A stretch of DNA of 63,982 nucleotides, filler included, from Octopus bimaculoides (taxonomy: Eukaryota): the NCBI RefSeq assembly GCF_001194135.2. It is 6 parts of 6 records of this genome, joined end to end, with 100 filler letters (N's around TTAATTAATTAA, not from the genome) between each part and the next. Parts side by side here need not be neighbours in the genome. Positions count along the whole stretch, not along the records: positions 33,972 to 54,570 come from NC_069010.1; positions 54,671 to 59,569 come from NW_026318060.1; positions 59,670 to 63,982 come from NC_068985.1; 3 more parts are not named here. One strand, given 5' to 3'. Position numbers and translations under genes: made by a program. The notes beneath the pieces were generated by a model that searched no databases, was not told where the DNA came from, and saw only the letters and a list, made by a program, of their open reading frames with translations. Within the stretch, counting starts at the first letter, position 1, and the number at the start of each line of letters is the position of its first letter. Positions 49,910 through 62,015 of this stretch are shown here, piece by piece.

Positions 49910-50130
49910 CCCTTTAGTGTTCGCATTAATCTGCCAAAATTAATGCTTTGTCATCCACATTGTTTTGAACTAACCATGCATTATCTTGTAGCTATGAGAT
50001 TTTGATGAGGTAGCTGTTAATTTTTAAAACGATATTGTAGGGTTGGTGTGAGAGACTAGATCTGGCCTGTTTGAACATAAAACAGGCAGAATACTTTTGG
50101 CCGGATAAGGCCGGTTTAAATGCTAAAGGG
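49910..50130. mobile_element. piggyBac-like MITE (221 bp); another partial copy at 59130-59292
   Basis: TTAA flanks (49906-49909, 50131-50134); TIR ccctttag/ctaaaggg. Confidence 0.8.
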
Positions 50131-51214
50131 TTAATTAGACCACAATATCATCTTGAACATATTCCAGAGAGTGAAGTAGACAAGTTTTACTAAATAATCT
50201 AAGCCAGACAAAATATTTCACAGTAAATCTATATAAAGAAGGTTATATCTGTTTTGTATAAAATCTTCATTTAGTATTTTAAAAATGGTACATATTGATG
50301 ATGTCTCTAAGGCAAAAAACATCCTCTAATGCCAGTGTCATCCGGTATCCTGAAATAATACAGAAAGATTATAAACTGTAGAAAATACTTTGAAAATTGA
50401 GANNNNNNNNNNNNNNNNNNNNNNNNNNNNNNNNNNNNNNNNNNNNNNNNNNNNAGTTTACTTTTTAGTACAGTAACAAAATTACTTCATATTTCCAGGC
50501 TACATTTCTACGTTTGGCTGTGTGGTAAGTAAGTTGTGAATTTGTCTGTAATAGCAATGCCCGGACAAGTGAAAATATTTTTTTAATATGTGGTTAGGGG
50601 GAAAAAGGGGGATTCTTTTGAAGTAGGCGTGAAAGCGAAAGAGACAGAGAGAGCGCGGTTGTATGAGTGAAGTTCTTTTGAAGTTGCGTGAGACGAAAGA
50701 ATTGATGTGCGAGTGTGTGTGTGTTTGATGGGGTGTGCGAGACAGAATGTGTGGTGTATATATGAATTGCTTTTGTGAGTGTGTGTGCGAAGAGACAGAG
50801 AGAGTAATGTTGATGGTGTGTGTGTGTATATGAGAGAGAGATAACTGAAATTTTTCCATTCAGTTTTTGTAGTGAGTGATTGACAGAGAGAGAGAGTGGT
50901 TATGTATGTATGTATGTATGTATGAATGGCTTCAATAACACACACTCACATGCAGGTTGTTTTAATCGATTTTCTCCGTAACTATGGGGGCTAGGAAAAA
51001 AAATACAAACCGCATTCCAATTTATGCACCAGTCTCCACATGTGTGCCATTTTTCACGCAAATCCACCCAGCCGTTTGGCTGTGAACCTCAAGACAAGAA
51101 TACAATGTTCATGCATGTCAAATTTATATTATAGAAAATATATATGTGTGTATATATGGATATACACACATAGGGATCTATAAATACACCTTCATACATA
51201 TATATATATTTACA

Positions 51215-52198
51215 CTGTGCGCGCACTCGCGCATCCGTGCTAGCGAGTCGTGACTAGTCGATCCTACGACTACTTACTGCGAGTGTGCGTCATGCGCAAA
51301 ACATGTATGAGGATTTTTTCTAAACAAAGAAAATAATTTTTTTTTAACACAAAGTAAATAAATTATACACTACCTGTTACCTTGTACCTGACCGTTCTTC
51401 TGAAACTCTTTTACCACTTATTAACAAATTTATCAAACCAGGGACGACTAGTATATTCTGATTGTTGGAGTACGTACTACAATGGGATTACTGAAATGAA
51501 TGTGACACCAAGATACTCCCTGGAAGAACATAAAACGACGTTTTAAGAGTAAGATGGGGGAAGATTCAACAAAAAAAAAAAAATGATTTACTTCGTTTTA
51601 AAAAACTCCTCATATATATTTTGCGCATTCACGCTAGATAGTCGTTGTAGGATCGACTAGTCACGACTAGCTAGCGCGGATGCGCGCACCATGACCACTC
51701 TTCATGATGTGTGTAGATGATCGGTACTATTCAAGAAGAGTGGTCCCGGTGCGTGCACTCGCGCATCCGCGCCAGCTAGTCGTGACTAGTCGATCGTACG
51801 ACTTTCTAGCGCGAGTGCACGTCATGCGCAAAACATACTCTTTTACTTGTTTCANNNNNNNNNNNNNNNNNNNNNNNNNNNNNNNNNNNNNNNNNNNNNN
51901 NNNNNNNNNNNNNNNNNNNNNNNNNNNNNNNNNNNNNNNNNNNNNNNNNNNNNNNNNNNNNNNNNNNNNNNNNNNNNNNNNNNNNNNNNNNNNNNNNNNN
52001 NNNNNNNNNNNNNNNNNNNNNNNNNNNNNNNNNNNNNNNNNNNNNNNNNNNNNNNNNNTTTAATATAAAAACATATTTCCTGAAATTGCAAATTATTTAA
52101 AATATAAAAATATAATTTTCAACAGAGAGAATTTATCAAAATAGAAAACAAATGAAGTTTGAAGTTTAAAAATAATAGGACGCGCGAACTTTCGAGTA

Positions 52199-52231
<33 letters not shown>

Positions 52232-52657
52232 GAGAGAGACAGACAGACAGCTCGCTCCGGCCAGTCATGGTATTAGCTGTCAGTAGCCAAAGAATCGACA
52301 GGCAGGCAGACAGGCAGACAGACAGATACTTCACTAGCAGTGAGCACTTTCACTTCTGACAGCTAATAGCATGACAGTGCCTGTTATTGGTGTCTACATA
52401 TGCCTTTACCCACAAGACCACCACGTTTTTTTCTAAACAAAGTAAATAATTTTTTTAACAAAAAATAAATGACACCAAAATGCACCCTGGAAGAACATAA
52501 AACGACGTTTTAAGAGTAAGATGGGGAACATTCAACAAAAAAAAAAAATATTTACTTTGCACATTCGCGCTAGATGGTCGTTGTAGTATCGACTAGTCAC
52601 GACTAGCTAGCGCGAGTTTGCGAGTGCGCGCACCGGGACCACTCTTCTTGAAAAGTA
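51215..52657. mobile_element. Two adjacent foldback/MITE copies with about 100-bp CpG-rich TIRs
   Basis: Arm gactagtc-containing motif in orientations +,-,+,- at about 51218, 51625, 51735 and 52560; shared internal segments 51312-51360/52427-52470 and 51503-51595/52470-52558; second copy bounded by TA. Confidence 0.75.
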
Positions 52658-52838
52658 ACCTAGATGATGTAGTTAGAATAGGCGACAATCGGTATGAAAA
52701 TATTGTCTAAAATATATGTCTACAGGACGAGTCAATGTCCTGAAAACAACACAGGAAGTCAGAATATATCTGACGTGGATGAAAAGGAAAAAAAATTGAC
52801 TGAGAAATGCTTTAAAATAGGAAATAAAATGGCTCGAA

Positions 52839-52872
52839 ACTTACCGAGTGTTTCTACCTCTTTCGCCATATT
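52839..52872 (-). promoter_or_regulatory. Predicted first exon and splice donor of ZNF gene 3
   Basis: Minus strand reads aatATGGCGaaagaggtagaaacactcG|GTAAGT (ATG at 52869, donor 52844-52839). Confidence 0.5.
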
Positions 52873-53452
52873 AGATTAACAGGAGAGAGAGAGAGGGGAC
52901 TGTGTGGTGGTGTTAGTGTGTCGATGTTAATGCTTCTATGTGTGGGTTTGTGTGAATGGTAGCGTGCTGGTGTTAATATATGTGTACGTGTGTTAGTCTT
53001 AGTGTGTTTAAGTGCGTCTACGTTTATTTGCCACTGCGTGTGTTTGTGTTAATGTGTTACAATGTGTGCATGTGCATACGTTACGTTAGTGTATCTACAT
53101 TGATTTCGCTGTATGTGTATGTGTGTGAGTGTATGTTTGTATTAATGTGTGTATGTGTTAGTGCACGTGTGTGCGTCTGCGTTTATCATCCTCTGTATGT
53201 GTGTTTGCGTTAATGTCTTTGTGTGTGTGTGTGTGTGTGTATGGTAATCTCTCTGTTAGTGTGTGTGAGTCTGTCTTTATTAGTATATCTGTCAATGTAT
53301 CTGTGTGTGTATGTATGTTCATGTCATTGTGTTTGTGTTAGTGTCCCTATAAGTGTGTGTGTGTTTTAGTGTGTCTGTATCCTGAGTGTATGAGTATGTG
53401 TGACTGTGTATGTATATATATATATATATATATAAATAAATATAAACATAAA

Positions 53453-53482
53453 TGAGGGAGTGCTGAAAAGTTCCTGGCTTTT
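53453..53482. mobile_element. mariner-type TIR fragment
   Basis: gagggagtgctgaaaagttcctggcttt resembles mariner terminal repeats. Confidence 0.4.
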
Positions 53483-54255
53483 TGCTGAATATCCCTCGTT
53501 GTGAGAATAGTAATTTTGTAACGTTTGTTTATATTCGAGAGTACCCGTTTTCCGTTTTATTATTTAGTATAAAATATTTAAAAAATAGATGAATCTTCCT
53601 AATTTTTTGCATACTTCATTTAATTTTTACCAGTCAGATATTTTTGACGATACAAGGGGCCCGGCAATGTCGTCTGCGAATTGTATAAAGACCGTTTCAC
53701 AATGTTTTTCTAAGTCAGTTTGTAACTAATATATACTATTCTGTCAAATTTTGTGCCTGAACGGGAAATTTTTAATGCCATTATCTTGTTTCGTCTCGGA
53801 AGAGATTTGGGAACAACGGAAAAGGCTTATTGAGTGGTGTAGAAAATTTGGATTACTATCAAGACAAGAAATTTGTTGTGGAGTGCTTGAACTTGCATAC
53901 GTCTTAAACATATTTATTCTGTTCATTTATAATTATTTCTGTTATAAAATGGGCGAAGGTAGAGCGAGTGCACACAACCTAAAACTAACCCTAACCAGTT
54001 TGTTCAGTAAAAATCTGATTAAAAGCAATCAAGAATTTGCAAACGTTATTGTCGGGCCCCTCATATCAATAATAATATCTGATACAAGTTACCGCCCCTT
54101 GTATCGTCCGCTTTTGTTTATATTCGCAAGTGCCCGTTTGTTTGTTTTTTTTTCAGTCATAATTTCCGTATTTTTCTATGTATTCCGCCCAAAAAAAGTT
54201 TTTAAAAAAGTGAAAATTTAAGGAGATGGGGATGGGATTTAAATTTTGAAATACT

Positions 54256-54570
54256 CTTACTCTTTTACTTGTTTCAGTCATTTGACTGTGGCCATGCTGG
54301 AGCACCGCCTTTTAGTCGAGCTAATCGGCCCCAGGACTTATTCTTTGTAAGCCTAGTACTTATTCTATCGGTGTCTTCAGCCGAACCGTTAGGTTACGGG
54401 GACGCAAACACACCAGCATCGGTTGTCAAGCGATGTTGGAGGGACAAACACAGACACACAAACATATACACACAGACACACAGATATATACATATATACG
54501 ACGGGCTTTAGTCGGCCCGAGGCTATAGTAGAAGACACTTGCCCCAAGGTGCCGCGCAGTGGGACTGAAC
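54256..54570 (-). mobile_element. SINE family C
   Basis: Tail and body; runs into a gap. Confidence 0.8.
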
Positions 54571-54904
54571 NNNNNNNNNNNNNNNNNNNNNNNNNNNNNN
54601 NNNNNNNNNNNNNNTTAATTAATTAANNNNNNNNNNNNNNNNNNNNNNNNNNNNNNNNNNNNNNNNNNNNAGAGTGTAGTGGGTGCTTTTACGTGTCACC
54701 CGCACGAAATATTGTCAAGAATAAAAGTTTTCATGGAGAAGACATCACTTAGAAATTTTCAGCATCATTATTTTAATACAGTTCTATATTTATTAAGAGA
54801 TGAGGAATTAGGTACATTATTTACATTTTAATCAGAGAATACTTTTCACTGAAACTTATATCCTTGCAAGTTATTTTAAGTTCCGGAAATTCTGCATCAG
54901 ACTA

Positions 54905-54946
<42 letters not shown>

Positions 54947-55139
54947 TAGTGATGAACTTAATGTATATAGTGCTCAGGTGCACTACAACTCATCAGAAAA
55001 GGTAGTCAAAAGTGCATGAACATTACAAAGAACACGCACGGCAAGTGACCGGTGAATGAGTTGTTAAAAAAAGGTGGGGTAGAGGACATCAGGTGTGCTA
55101 TTGTTGAATTTCGGGAAGCATGGAAGTTTTCGACAAAGT

Positions 55140-55990
55140 AGTCATGAAAATTCATTCAAAATGAATGAAATTCATTGGAAATTGAATGAAAATTTATGAA
55201 AAGGACAAGATTATTTGTGAAAAGGAGGTAAAAAAAATTAACAAAAGTTTAATCAAAATGAGTGAAAATTGAATGAAAATGGCAAAGTATTTGAGAGAAA
55301 CCATTAAAAGTTTATGAAAAGGAACGAAAATTATAAAAAATGTACACATATGTAACAGACAAGATATGTAAATACATAGCCAAGCACGCACATATAAACA
55401 TACATGCACACATACACACACAGATACAAAAGCTTAAACAAATTTACACAAACACACACTGGCACATGCAGACACGCACGTACAAAAATTGATGTAAATA
55501 AGAAAATATTTGTGAAAAATACAGGAAAGTGGGTGGAAATTAAATGAAGATTGTTGAAAGTTGAATGAAAACGACAAAATATTCAAGAAAATCTATGAAA
55601 AATGAACGAAAATTGATGAAACCAACAAAATATTCATTAAAAAAACTATAAAAAAAATGCATGAATATTTGATGGAAATTGAATGAAAATTGAATAAAAC
55701 GACAATATATTCATGAAAATCCATGGAAAGTTAATATAATTTGATGAAAATGACAAATTAATCATGAAGATTTATGGAAATGGATAAAAACAGCAAAAAT
55801 ATTCATAGAAATTCATAGAAAAATGGATGTTGATTTGATGGAAATTTATGCAAATGACAAACTATTCATGAAAATTTATGAAGAATGTTATTAAAATACA
55901 TGCTAAAATGGTTACAAGAAGAGAAGAGAAAGAAATGGATGTAAATTGAGTATGAAAATAATTGAAAGGTTTATAAAAAATGGATGGTGG
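55140..55990. repeat. Degenerate A-rich minisatellite (gaaaattgaatgaaaat-like units)
   Basis: Recurring aattgaatgaaa/ttcatgaaaat motifs with strong purine bias. Confidence 0.6.
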
Positions 55991-56179
55991 CGGAGGTTAA
56001 AGAGTACAGCGAATCCACCAGGAATAGGTTCAGCAGGGATAAAGTATAAGGGTAGAAAAAGGTGGTGAGCGGGCAGAAACATTAGACTTTTTCACTTCCC
56101 AAGCGTTATACTAATACATCAGTTTGTTGTCTACACCACCTGTCTTTGTCTTTTGTTTTTTTGCGAGACACTAAACTCG

Positions 56180-56566
56180 GCTTGCGAAGACCTGTTGGGG
56201 CAAGCGAAAGCGAAATCATCATGGCACCTGTGCCTAGCGTCGCCGTCCCGGCACATGTAAAGACATTCGAGCGAGATCGTTGCCAGTGCTGCTGGACTGG
56301 CTCCTGTGCAGGTGGCACGTAAAATACACCTTTTTGCACATGGCCGTTGTCAGTACTGCCTGACTGGTCCTCGTGCCAGTGGCACGTAAAAGCACCCGCT
56401 ACACTCTCTGAGTGGTTGGTGTTAGGAAGGGCATCCAGCTGTAGAAGCTCTGCAAAATCAGATTGGAGCCTGGTGTAGCCATCTGGTTTCACCAGTCCTC
56501 AGTCAAATCGTCCAACCCATGCTAGCATGGAAAGCGGATGTTAAACGATGATGATGATGATGATGA
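56180..56566 (+). mobile_element. SINE-like family D, long copy with (GAT)n tail
   Basis: Matches 40460-40830. Confidence 0.85.
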
Positions 56567-57281
56567 NNNNNNNNNNNNNNNNNNNNNNNNNNNNNNNNNN
56601 NNNNNNNNNNNNNNNNNNNNNNNNNNNNNNNNNNNNNNNNNNNNNNNNNNNNNNNNNNNNNNNNNNNNNNNNNNNNNNNNNNNNNNNNNNNNNNNNNNNN
56701 NNNNNNNNNNNNNNNNNNNNNNNNNNNNNNNNNNNNNNNNNNNNNNNNNNNNNNNNNNNNNNNNNNNNNNNNNNNNNNNNNNNNNNNNNNNNNNNNNNNN
56801 NNNNNNNNNNNNNNNNNNNNNNNNNNNNNNNNNNNNNNNNNNNNNNNNNNNNNNNNNNNNNNNNNNNNNNNNNNNNNNNNNNNNNNNNNNNNNNNNNNNN
56901 NNNNNNNNNNNNNNNNNNNNNNNNNNNNNNNNNNNNNNNNNNNNNNNNNNNNNNNNNNNNNNNNNNNNNNNNNNNNNNNNNNNNNNNNNNNNNNNNNNNN
57001 NNNNNNNNNNNNNNNNNNNNNNNNNNNNNNNNNNNNNNNNNNNNNNNNNNNNNNNNNNNNNNNNNNNNNNNNNNNNNNNNNNNNNNNNNNNNNNNNNNNN
57101 NNNNNNNNNNNNNNNNNNNNNNNNNNNNNNNNNCCCTTAAAATAAATTACATGCATCAAGGAACTCTGGTACAAAAGAAAAAATTATATACCATATCTTG
57201 CTCTGTTGAGATGTTTTGGATGAATAACATGTGATAACCTAACGATATGTCTTTTTTTTTACATACATACATACATACACA

Positions 57282-57442
57282 TCATCATCATCATCATCAT
57301 CATCGTTTAACGTCCGCTTTCCATGCTAGCATGGGTTGGACGATTTGACTGAGAACTGGTGAAACCGGATGGCAACACCAGGCTCCAATCTAAATTTGGC
57401 AGAGTTTCTACAGCTGGATGCCCTTCCTAACGCCAACCACTC
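57282..57442 (-). mobile_element. SINE-like family D, 3' part
   Basis: (CAT)n followed by family D body. Confidence 0.8.
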
Positions 57443-57682
57443 ATACATATATATACATTATTATATAATATATATACATTATATAATATATATATATATA
57501 TACATTATTATCTTTATCTTATGATATTTACTTTGTATTATATTATACTCATTTATTGTGCTTTTAATTATTAATTTTTCTATATGTGATAGTGGATTTT
57601 CATCGATGAGTTCATCAACCTTGGTTCTTTTCCCTAAAACTATATATTTTATATACATACATATATATACGAGTTAATTAGA

Positions 57683-57907
57683 GTGCTTTCTATGTGACAC
57701 CATCACCAGTGATTTTTATGTGACACCATCACCAGTGACTTTTATGTGGCGCTATCACTGGTGCATTTTATGTGGCACCAGCACCAGTGTTCTTTACATG
57801 ACACCAACACCAGTGCATTTTATGTGGCCCCATCACCAGTGCCTTTTACATGGCACCTGCGCCAATGCTTTTTTGCGTGACACCAGCACTGATGCTCTTT
57901 ACATGCC
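57683..57907. repeat. 26-bp minisatellite, about 8.5 diverged copies
   Basis: Unit approximately gtgcnttttatgtggcaccatcacca. Confidence 0.85.
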
Positions 57908-58210
57908 ATGAAATACGGTAAAGAGCTGCAACAAATAGCTCACGACCTATCTTACCGGATGCTCTAACGATTCGGATCTAGTTTAAAACGGGGGCACCAG
58001 TTATCATTAATGTTTTATGTAGTGTTTTTGGTACCAAAAGACTTTCAAACTTCGTATACTTATCTATTTTGTGTTATAGAACACAAAAAAATTTTTGTAT
58101 TCGAATTTATTTCATGTAAAAATTTGTCTTATTTCGATAATTTCTACTAATCACTGACGTCTATTCAGTTGAAAACAGTTAGCGCTGCAACGGTGTATAT
58201 CGTATTAATC

Positions 58211-58272
58211 CCCTAACCCTAACCCTAACTAGACTATTAACCCTAACCCTAACCCTAAAACTAACCCTAACT
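58211..58272. repeat. Imperfect (CCCTAA)n telomeric-type repeat at gap edge
   Basis: ccctaaccctaaccctaa...ccctaaccctaaccctaaaactaaccctaac. Confidence 0.75.
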
Positions 58273-59311
58273 CTAGAANNNNNNNNNNNNNNNNNNNNNN
58301 NNNNNNNNNNNNNNNNNNNNNNNNNNNNNNNNNNNNNNNNNNNNNNNNNNNNNNNNNNNNNNNNNNNNNNNNNNNNNNNNNNNNNNNNNNNNNNNNNNNN
58401 NNNNNNNNNNNNNNNNNNNNNNNNNNNNNNNNNNNNNNNNNNNNNNNNNNNNNNNNNNNNNNNNNNNNNNNNNNNNNNNNNNNNNNNNNNNNNNNNNNNN
58501 NNNNNNNNNNNNNNNNNNNNNNNNNNNNNNNNNNNNNNNNNNNNNNNNNNNNNNNNNNNNNNNNNNNNNNNNNNNNNNNNNNNNNNNNNNNNNNNNNNNN
58601 NNNNNNNNNNNNNNNNNNNNNNNNNNNNNNNNNNNNNNNNNNNNNNNNNNNNNNNNNNNNNNNNNNNNNNNNNNNNNNNNNNNNNNNNNNNNNNNNNNNN
58701 NNNNNNNNNNNNNNNNNNNNNNNNNNNNNNNNNNNNNNNNNNNNNNNNNNNNNNNNNNNNNNNNNNNNNNNNNNNNNNNNNNNNNNNNNNNNNNNNNNNN
58801 NNNNNNNNNNNNNNNNNNNNNNNNNNNNNNNNNNNNNNNNNNNNNNNNNNNNNNNNNNNNNNNNNNNNNNNNNNNNNNNNNNNNNNNNNNNNNNNNNNNN
58901 NNNNNNNNNNNNNNNNNNNNNNNNNNNNNNNNNNNNNNNNNNNNNNNNNNNNNNNNNNNNNNNNNNNNNNNNNNNNNNNNNNNNNNNNNNNNNNNNNNNN
59001 NNNNNNNNNNNNNNNCACCAACCCTGAAAGAAGAAACCAAGAGATTCTTTAGAAAAAGCAGAGTGGTCAGGAAGCTCAGTCTGCGACCACATGGTTTTGG
59101 GTTTCAAGTTCCACAGCGCAACACCTTAACCGTTTAGCATTGAAACCAAACCATATCCAGCCCAAATATTCTATCCGTTTTTGTTTTTTTTTTGTTTAAA
59201 CTAGCCAGATCCAGCCTCTCACACCTACCCTACAATGTCATTCTGAAAATAAACAATCACATCATTGAAATCTCAGAGCTATGAGATAATGCTTTTTATG
59301 TGGCACCATCA

Positions 59312-59344
<33 letters not shown>

Positions 59345-59781
59345 CCCTCTCTCCAACCCTGCCTTTCTCTCTCTCTCTCTCTGACACTTCTTTGTTTTCC
59401 AACCTTCTCTCTTTGTTCTTCCCTCCCACTCTCTCTATCTTTTCCTCCCTCTACCTCCAACCCCTCCTGTTTTCTCCCTTTCACCTTCTCTTCTCTCTCT
59501 CTCTCTCTCCACAAGAAATTGGCTACATTCACCGTCCATGAGGGATGGGCTCTGCTAGCCAGTCCTCAANNNNNNNNNNNNNNNNNNNNNNNNNNNNNNN
59601 NNNNNNNNNNNNNTTAATTAATTAANNNNNNNNNNNNNNNNNNNNNNNNNNNNNNNNNNNNNNNNNNNNATATATATATATATATAAATATGCTTAAAAA
59701 GTTTGAAGATGGGGTTACTATATATCATTAGAAACATTGAAAAGAGGGAGAGAGTGAACGAGTTGGCGAAAGAGAGATGGT

Positions 59782-59846
<65 letters not shown>

Positions 59847-60309
59847 TAAGAGAGAGAGAGAGTGTGAAGGAGATATGAAAATTTCTCTGTCAACAGTAAT
59901 GCAATACAAAGATAGTTTTGTTGATACCAGATAGAGATTTGGTCTTTCTAGAATTACACCAAATGATGCACGCTTGAAAATATAATCACAATTTATACAG
60001 ACATCTCACTTCATAAAATAGGTGTTACGGATCTTATGTCGTTGTTGTAAATCCGATATCTTTGCCGCGCGTGTGCGTGTCTGTGTGGGCGTGAAAGCAC
60101 ATGGACTATTGGTTATGGTTGTGCTGAGCTTGCAAGCATAAAATCGCGGGTTCGATTACTTGGCTGGTTAGCACGGTTTGTCGTTGAACAAGGCACTTCA
60201 CTCACTTTCCTCCATTGGTGTGGTTATTTATTTATTTCATTTCACTACCACGGGCCTCCCTCCATGTTCCGTTCTTACATGCTATAATTTGTATTTCCTG
60301 CAGCAATAT

Positions 60310-60800
60310 ATATATATTCATATGCCTTGTATTGTAACATCTATATATATACATACATATATATATATATATGTATGTGTATGTATGTATTTGTGTATGT
60401 ATGTAATGTATGTATGTATTTATGTATATATTTATATATGTATGTATGCATATGTGTGTATGTGCATGTGTGTATGTATGTATGTATTTATATATGTATG
60501 TATGTATTTATGTATGTATATACGTATGTATGTGTGTGTATGTGCGTGTATGTACGTATGTATTTATTTATATATGAATTTATATATGTATGTACGTATG
60601 TATGTGTGTGTGTGTGTGCGTGTGTATGTATATATGTATGTATGTACGTATGTATGTATGTATGTATGTATGTAGGTAGGTAGGTAGGTAGGTAGGTAGG
60701 TAGGTAGGTATGTATTTATATATGTACGTAGGCATGTGTGTATGTGTGTATGTGCGTGTGTGTACGCATGTATGTATGTATGTATGTATGTATGCATGCA
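60310..60800. repeat. Compound (TATG)n/(TAGG)n/(TG)n microsatellite field
   Basis: Direct reading. Confidence 0.9.
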
Positions 60801-61214
60801 TGTACTTTGAAGTGCATGCGTTGGCAACGAACCGAGGAAAATGTGCTTGATACATGTCGTAGAGTGTAAGCAGTTTAAACGACTGAAGTCATGTAGCCGT
60901 TACTCGTGAGTTTCCGCCTGACATACAGATGGAAGAACCGCTTCGTCATAATTCCCACCTGACGATGCTTTCTTACACGCAGACACTCCCGAATATTATA
61001 CTGATACTTTCTGCCAAACAATATAACTATGCTAAGTATGTGTGTGTGTACATTTTTGTGTATACATGTTATATTTGCAGTTTATATTATTTTTTATTCA
61101 AATAATATGCATGTGTTATATGTGTGTCTATGTGTGTATTTTTTGCGGGCATATATGCACAAACAGAGTAATATATATGTGTGTATACATACGTATACAC
61201 ATCTATGTATGTTC

Positions 61215-62015
61215 ACGTAAGGTGGACAGAAAAAGCGCTTCATGGTTACTCTCAACGCCTCACTGAAGAGCTGTGAGATCAACCCCGACACCTCGGAAAC
61301 GCAAAGGCAAGATCACTTTGCCTGGCGAAGCTGTAACAATAGAGGTACCACCTCCTACGAACAGAACAGGATTGCAGTGGCACAAAGAAAGCGCGAACTG
61401 CGCAAGTCCAGAGTCAGTTCCTTGCCTTCAGTCCCAGTAGACCAGGATTCACCAAACTACGGTCCGCGGACCGGATCCGGTCCGTGAGGGCACTTCATCC
61501 GGTACGCCACAGCACTGTATCTTTTGTGTAAGTACCTGCAATGAGAGTTCATTTGCCTCTCGTATGGCATCAGTGTTTGGAACAACTTATGTCTGTGAGC
61601 AAACATTTTCAATAATGAAGAATGTGAAGTCAACACATCGAATGAGGTTAACTGATGAACATTTGAAAACAATTCTCTTGGTTGGATGCAGCAACTCCAA
61701 AGCAAATATTGATGATGTCTTAAAAGCTAAACACCAGTTTCACAAATCACACTAACCTTTTTTGCTAATTAGTTTGTGAGATTCGGATTATGTGCTAAAC
61801 GTCGCCTTCTTTGATAACTTTTTGGTAAATAAATATATTGGTCGTCTTTATTGTGTATTCACTGTATTGTGTTGCCCGCGCTCGTCATTCTCTCTGTTAT
61901 CTGGCCTGCCCTGAAAAAAGTGACCCCTGCAGAAGACCATCAGTTTCCGACCTGTGGCAGAGCCTTACAAGCACGTATTGAACTGGAAGGCCACAGACGG
62001 GCACACACAGTACCC
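61215..62015 (+). pseudogene. 3' end of an RTE (BovB/RTE-1-like) LINE ORF, interrupted by a hAT element
   Basis: GGQKKRFMVTLNASLKSCEINPD...AWRS...YEQNRIAVAQRKRELRK; after the hAT it continues HQFPTCGRALQARIELEGHRRAH. Confidence 0.8.
61443..61929 (+). mobile_element. Non-autonomous hAT element (487 bp) with transposase C-terminal fragment
   Basis: 8-bp TSD cagtagac/cagaagac (7/8); ends CAGG.../...CCCTG; fragment FGTTYVCEQTFSIMKNVKSTHRMRLTDEHL matches the hAT dimerization domain (SPIN/GTF2IRD2-like). Confidence 0.85.

Noticed and set aside
57683-57907. CRISPR-like appearance of short regular repeats (also the 121-bp array at 41.5 kb)
   Set aside because: No unique spacers, eukaryotic context and no cas genes; these are plain tandem repeats.
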